This document shows, piece after piece, positions 24,535-31,755 of a stretch of DNA of 31,755 nt. The stretch is taken from assembly GCA_024626585.2 (NCBI GenBank), contig JANKJI020000004.1, forward strand, positions 41,610-73,364, given 5' to 3'. Both the position numbers and the translations under genes were made by a program. Source of the DNA: Ginkgo biloba (taxonomy: Eukaryota; Plantae; Ginkgophyta). The number at the start of each line of letters is the position of its first letter. Within the stretch, counting starts at the first letter, position 1. Below the pieces are notes generated by a model. It was given only the letters and a program-made list of their open reading frames with translations, did no database searches and was not told the DNA's origin.

Positions 24535-27500
24535 NNNNNNNNNNNNNNNNNNNNNNNNNNNNNNNNNNNNNNNNNNNNNNNNNNNNNNNNNNNNNNNNNN
24601 NNNNNNNNNNNNNNNNNNNNNNNNNNNNNNNNNNAGTAGATGGCATAGAAGTTTGTCACATCCTAGAGAGTTTGATGTCATAATAGATCTAGAAATCTAT
24701 AAATTCTTAGGTATCCTATCCCATCATCATGACTATATGTAATTGTTTTCTTGCACTTCATCATAGTCTTTTGTCAATTTTATGTTCTTTTATGTTTTAC
24801 AATGAGTTATGACTTTGTGCATTAATCAACACTATTAATATTTTAAAAGTAAACTTGGAAAGTTAGTTAGATACCTTTGTAGAGTCATGTAGTATAGTCA
24901 TTTTTCATTTTTATAAAACCTTATGCCTTTGACTCAATAACACGATTTTATGATTTTGTTCCTTCCCTTGTTGCTCATAACTATCTTTTATTTTTTCCCA
25001 TATCCTTTGACTTTAGATCATGCTACACCAATTCTTTTATCTTATAACTTTTGGATAAGTTTAGATGATTTATCCATAATGTAGAAGAAATATTTAATCA
25101 ATATTCTAATGGAATCTAAAACCCTACTATATGAAGATTTTAAACCAATAAATAATTTTAAATTATCTTGCATCTTGACAATGGAAAAATTGCCTTAACT
25201 TTTACATTTCTCGATGTTATTGTACAAAGTTGTAGATGATGCCACACTTCATAATTTTATAATTGTGTATGATTTTTATAAATTTGTATGACTTTAAGAA
25301 ATTCCTCCAACACACATTTTCCTTAGTGGAAATCATAGGCATTTAATATTTTAAATGGACCCCACCCTAGAAAATTTCCCTAGGACTTCGTAAAAGGTTT
25401 TATCCTTGGAACCTATTAGTAATTTTGGTCATAGTCCTCATAGTTAAAATGATTGATTTATAAAGAAATTTTATGGATTTTTATATAATTATGAACTTCC
25501 CACGACTATGAAATAAAATTTAATAATTATCATTCTTCTCATATTAGAACTCCCTCCTTTAGAGATAATGCTCTCCATTATCATTTCATTAAGACTTGAA
25601 AATTCACTTATGATTCGTTCCTCCTTCAATGATTTATCTTCTTGAGACAANNNNNNNNNNNNNNNNNNNNNNNNNNNNNNNNNNNNNNNNNNNNNNNNNN
25701 NNNNNNNNNNNNNNNNNNNNNNNNNNNNNNNNNNNNNNNNNNNNNNNNNNATGAGTAAATTGATCACTGCAACATATTCAACAATGTCATTGGTTGCATG
25801 GGGGAAAAAAGGGCAGTGCTAATCATATCATTCCCTAAGTGGGTCTTGATAATCCATGTAACTATTGAAGGGATTAGGCTTCCCCTAATACCTTCATCTA
25901 TGAAAATGATCAAAGGTTGATTGAATACTAGTTGAGCCATTGATCAACATAGGGAATTCATCTAAGGTTTTGAGAAAATAGTGTACGTGGAAAGTTTAGT
26001 TTTATTTGTAGAATGAGTCATGCATTGGTCACATCCTCTTCAAGCCTCATCTCAGCTGACTTATTTTAGAATTTCCCCTTTATTAGTGGTTTTAGGAAAA
26101 TGGTAATAGAGATGTTAGTCTAGATTTTTTTTAAGTTTATTATTTATTTCCCTATGACTTATTTTAGATTTTCCCTTATTTTAGAATTTTTAAGACTTTA
26201 GAGGCAATAGAGATATAAGTCTCTTTATAACTTGGGCATACTTTATTTAGGGATTGATGAGAAGCATGATAGTAATTTGGTCTAACTTAAGTGACTTCAA
26301 TTTTGAAAGGATGAAAGGCTTCCTAGAGTTTATGAATCCAAACTTAATCTATCAATCTAGAGGTCTCACTAAGTTTGGATTTAGAAATTTAGATTCTTCC
26401 CTTTATTTATCCTTACAAGTTACATGGATCTTAGGACTAGATTAGGGTTGCATTCATAATAACATAATAAATGAGTAACACAATTATTTTTTTTGGGGGG
26501 GTGTTAATTTTCTTAACTCAAATAGGACAAAATGCTTGGTACAATTACGAGACAATCAGCAGTGCCACATCAGGTTCAAAAAAATTTCTTACAAATAAGG
26601 TAACCTATAAATAAATAAGATTAAATTATAGATAATATTTTTTATAATGATAAAAGATAAGTGGAAATTCAACCTTCTTTTTCGTATTGTATATGTGTGC
26701 CATATTGTATGGTCATAAAAGTTAATGAAAATTATTCATTTTTCAATTTCTAAAGTGGTGAGAGTGACTTATGAGANNNNNNNNNNNNNNNNNNNNNNNN
26801 NNNNNNNNNNNNNNNNNNNNNNNNNNNNNNNNNNNNNNNNNNNNNNNNNNNNNNNNNNNNNNNNNNNNNNNNNNNNTGAATTTTAAGGTTTTTATGAATG
26901 GACACTATAGAAATATTGACTATCTAATTTCAAAGGCCAATAGAAAAGTAGGTATTCATATATAATATCATAATTAATTAGTTCTATAAGTTTTCTCTTG
27001 GTAGTATTAGATCTTTCGTTACATTAAGAAAAAGTCAAAGGATGTTTAATGCAAAATAAAGTTCTTCTCTTTATACATAGTCATATGGTTTGGGAAATAT
27101 TTTTACGCATTACTTAATGTGTACTTTCTACATTTAATTGGATATCCCCAAGGATAAGTCTTACACACATCATGCTATATCTCTGTTAAGAAAACATCAT
27201 AGTATGTACTATATATTGGGAAGATTAATTGGCTAAATAACATTGTAGAATCTCACTATAATTAGCATGAATTGTATCCATTTAATTTGTTACAAGTGGT
27301 ACTGTAATCAATTACTACTTAATGCCACTCTCAAAGTTTGGATATCAAAACTTTAATCTATGACGTCCTTAATTGAATCAATTAGTTATATTATAGAAAT
27401 AAAAAAGGCCCCTAAGTCAAGTAAATAAATGTATTTTACCAAAAATAGAGATGTGCAATTATTTGCCCTTCACCATGAATAAATTTACATATATTAGGAT

Positions 27501-29989
27501 TTTAGTAATATCTCTATCAATTAAATGGGATACAACACCATGAATGGAAAGCATGCAGGAAAAAAATGCAGAGTTTCACATTTCTAGGGATGGGCTTGAA
27601 ATGAGAGTTCATCATATAATCTTCTTATTACTGATCAAAGAGATTATATGAATATGAACCATTGATAAGGACAGAGAAAACAAACAAAAAAGGTTCATCT
27701 TTGATACAATAGGAATAAGAGTTTTTTTTTATCACACCCAGTTAAATAATCTTATAATATGATAGCAAACATGGCAAGCGAGGCCACAAAGTCTGGATAG
27801 CAATTGAAATGAAATTGCATTAAGAACAAGAAATTTGAGAAAAATATGCATCCCAAAAGAATAATCACATATATCCACCTATTAACATTTGCACCAACAT
27901 ACTAGATCTTTTAGCAAACTCTCATATGGAGGACAAAAGACAATTCATCACAGAACATGGTGTGGGAGAGGAACATAATATTAAAAGAATTGTTGTGATT
28001 AGACGCATTATTTGTTAGGTGATATATCCCATAGATATCCCTCATATTTTTCCTGTTATCAAAAGTGCGCTTTCAATCATAAAATATTTACATTGTCTAT
28101 TTGTACGTTATTGAATGGCTAGTCACTCAATTACGCGTAATTAAGTGGTTATCTTCTACAATCATGCACAAATCAATGAAGTGCATTAATTACGACTCAA
28201 AAAAATTAAAAAATCAAAATTGAATAAGTAGATCCATTCCCAAATATCTTTAGCTCAGATATAACTTCTCCACTCCTTCCAATTCAATTGGGTGGATTCT
28301 ATGAGATGTCTCTAACCTAATAGGTATGTAATTAGGGTTAGACTAGACCAAAACCCTATAGATAGGGCTTGGTTGGACTATCAAAGGGGACCAAACTAGT
28401 CAAAAGTTATAATACCCATTTTCCTTCATATCTATCTATATTCAAAACCATTACATGGGTAATTTCTATCCTTTTGCATTCCTTTGCTCATATCTTCTAT
28501 ATTTCCCTACCTTATAGAAGCTTAGTGATGTACCCACTTAGTGTTGGAGGTTTTATCAAAGTGTTGCAGAATCATTATGATCAACTCCAAGGAGGTAATC
28601 TTCTCTTGATACCTGTCTTCACTCTCTACTACATGAAACTTCAATTGTTTATCCTTCTATACGGTCTATACAGCTTACTATTTTTCTAAAAACCTCAACA
28701 TCATAGAATCGTATGGATATCAATTGACTACCATGGAATCGTGCACTCCTAAAGCATTTCACTTCCATGATGCGCTTTGTAACTCATTGAAAAATATAAA
28801 ACTTGATTCCAAAACCATGCACCTTTTGCACAAATTCCAAAAATGATTTGTACTTNNNNNNNNNNNNNNNNNNNNNNNNNNNNNNNNNNNNNNNNNNNNN
28901 NNNNNNNNNNNNNNNNNNNNNNNNNNNNNNNNNNNNNNNNNNNNNNNNNNNNNNNTCGACTTGCATGATATGTTTACTACACTATTTATCTTTTATCACA
29001 TTTATGTTGTAGTCACTTATACTTGTATATATGTATTTTATTAATTAGGGGTGGATGTCTCATTTGGGACTCTCCTCATGATGAAGAGAGGTTTAAAATA
29101 AACTTGCATTTATCACTCTTATTTGGTTGAGATACGAGGTGGAATCAAATAGATAAATCACAACCACTTAGTTTTGATGGTATACATTATGTTTCCACCA
29201 AAGGTTTGGTTGTCATCCAAATAGGCCTTTTTAGGTGGTCCTTGATGGCCAATAGTGGATGCTAGCCCAAGTTTCGTAGGTTACCTTTGCCCCTAGTAGT
29301 CTAACCTCTTAAATTTGTCATATGGTTATACTTTCTTGTACATTAGTCATTAATGTAATTAGATATTTCTTATGCATTTGTACTCTAATGATTATCTATT
29401 TTATAGTCTTTATTATTATTGGCATGCAAGTTTAAGAGGTGGAATTGTTATAGTTGGGTGCTAACATTATTCCCATTAAAGTTGATGTTATATGTGGTAT
29501 ATTATTTCTCCATAGTCCTTGTAAGGTTAGGGACAACTTGGTCAAGTAATGACAATGGCATAAAGTTGGTTACCACTTGAGGGGCATTCAATTGACTAAG
29601 CATAATAGGTTACAATCCAAGAATAGGTAATAATTGTATAGAGGAAACTAATTGTAGAGGATACCCATACTAGCTATTAGGGTCTATAAATGATTTTCCA
29701 CCATAGGAAATGATAACCATAAGGGGAAAAAACATAGTTTCATATCCCAAGTTGTCCATAAGGATAGTACGAGGTTGTATTAAATAAGGAGGTCTAGAAG
29801 AGGAGCCATGATCAAGAGCATTATGAAAAGTGTAATGAGAAAATTAATTAGGACCATGAGGATTGTAATGGTACATAAAAAGAGGATGCATAGATATTAG
29901 TGTGGAATGATATGGCCCAACATATTTCATTGGTTGGATTGATTCTTTATGCCCCTGATTCCATCTTCCTCTTCTCTTCTACATTTGGT

Positions 29990-30332
29990 TGTAACATAGA
30001 TGCACAAATGCATCCTTTCCTACTCTAGTGAAAACTTTTAATTCTTTCAACATGGTTCAATATTCTTCTATATGTTATTATTCATAAATACTACATTGAA
30101 ATTGTATTGCATCAACTAGGCATTCATTAATTGAATCTGCTTTTGAAAATTCCAAGTAATAAATAGCCAATGATGCTAATGTGACCAAGTCTAGTTTTTT
30201 GCTCTTCAACTCCATGTTTGTTAATTGTTCTAAAAGTGATGGTAATATATCCTCCATGAGATCAATCAATTGATTGTTCATTTTTATCTTGTTTATCATT
30301 ATGAATTCTTCCTCATTTTGATTTAAACTCAT
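29990..30332 (-). mobile_element. Possible remnant of a Tat/Ogre-type accessory ORF
   Basis: 84-aa minus ORF with LASLAIYYLEF and a downstream CICASMLQ in another segment, weakly recalling Tat/Ogre extra-ORF motifs. CpG-depleted context. Confidence 0.2.
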
Positions 30333-31755
30333 TGGTAGAAATGTGATTACCTCAGTTGGATTCCTTTTGCCCCATTTCTTTGATGCTTAAGAATACTCCA
30401 AGAATAATTCCTTTTTTTCTATATTGAAACAAAGGATACCTCCCTAAAAGATATTAAACCGAGACAAATTAAAACCTTAGGAAGATCCTACTAAAAAACA
30501 CTATCGTCAATGTGGATTCCTCATGGCCATGTTAATACATGACCTTGTTAGATAATCAATTTGCTTAATGTAGTCCTTCAAAGATATAATTTAAAATATC
30601 ACTTGTTTAAGGTCTAAGGAATAGAGATTAACTANNNNNNNNNNNNNNNNNNNNNNNNNNNNNNNNNNNNNNNNNNNNNNNNNNNNNNNNNNNNNNNNNN
30701 NNNNNNNNNNNNNNNNNNNNNNNNNNNNNNNNNNGTAGATTATTCATATCCATGCTTCGTGCATCATCTTATAAGATGATCTAATTGCTCAATATAATCC
30801 TCTAAGGAATCCTCTTCCTCTTCCTCTAAGGACTCCTCTTCCTTTTGTTTCAACGTCTTTAGAAAAAATCTTCTCATATATTCTCAAGTACCGATTAAAC
30901 CTCCCTCTAGGATCATGAACCATCACAATCTTGCTCCTTTCAATGTGGATGAGAAAAGTTTCACATTTTTTACTGTTGTGATATATTTGTAACTCCAACA
31001 TAGGACATCAAATTAAAAAAGCATCTAGAACTTTTTTACTTCTTCCTCAAAATTGAGAAAAGGTTTATGGTAGGATATTCTTCATGGAACTCACCTTACA
31101 TCAGTAATAATGGCAATAAATAAGATAATGGTCTATATCTCATTGTTAAGATCCTCTTCATTACTATTCCTTGTAATGGCCATTTCTTCTATGTCATAGT
31201 CTTTGTGGCTTGTAACAAAGGTTGATTCTATAATCATTTCTTTTTTACAATCTAGTTGGGGGAATTGAAGAGTAGTTACACTTGGATTCTCTATGCTAAG
31301 GTAGGACCTTAGAAAGGAACATATTTTAGAGGTTCTTATTAGGTGTTCACTCTACACTCTATCTATATCTTATTGATGTAAAATATTTCTAGAAGAGTTT
31401 TTATTTCCCTTTTTGTCCCTTTTTGTAATGTCTTNNNNNNNNNNNNNNNNNNNNNNNNNNNNNNNNNNNNNNNNNNNNNNNNNNNNNNNNNNNNNNNNNN
31501 NNNNNNNNNNNNNNNNNNNNNNNNNNNNNNNNNNATTTCATTTCATTTCCTTTTGGAATGCCACAATTCTCCTGAAAGTGTCTCGAGGTCTTGCTTTCAT
31601 ACCTAAGCCTTGATATCCAAGTGGATAGGATTCATAATTAATTCTAAAAAATAAAATTTAGGTCAATAAAAGTATTAAATCCCTACAATGTGAGACTAAT
31701 AATCAAGGGAATTTATTTCCAAAACACAGTAACTCTAAATATTCTAAACTACTTG

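Noticed and set aside
25800-25930. Retroelement protease-like IFIDEG..SLIP..TW on the minus strand
   Set aside because: Short, weak match that cannot be supported without a profile search.

Overview
AT-rich plant genomic scaffold, gymnosperm-like by inference from its CpG-depleted retroelement debris and TCP motif style; the species cannot be established. The assembly is fragmented, with 13 N-runs of exactly 100 nt (placeholder gaps) plus other sized gaps. Most of the window is old, decayed LTR-retrotransposon sequence: a Ty3/gypsy RT fragment, a Ty1/copia RT/RNaseH fragment, tRNA-Met PBS sites and PPTs. Two blocks retain CpGs: about 6.5-8.0 kb (non-coding, motif-rich) and about 14.3-18.25 kb. 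The second block holds the only recognisable host gene, a minus-strand class I TCP (TCP8/22/23-like) locus with no TCP DNA-binding domain. The remaining coding sequence upstream of its ORF (DLFKE and MWAVAP motifs) carries two stops and a frameshift, while the C-terminal 171 codons are a fully open ORF. It is either a pseudogene or a retained domain-less, microProtein/decoy-like TCP derivative, and this is the main candidate for something new. No rRNA, tRNA, CRISPR or recognisable miRNA was seen. All family calls come from motif recognition by eye, not database searches.
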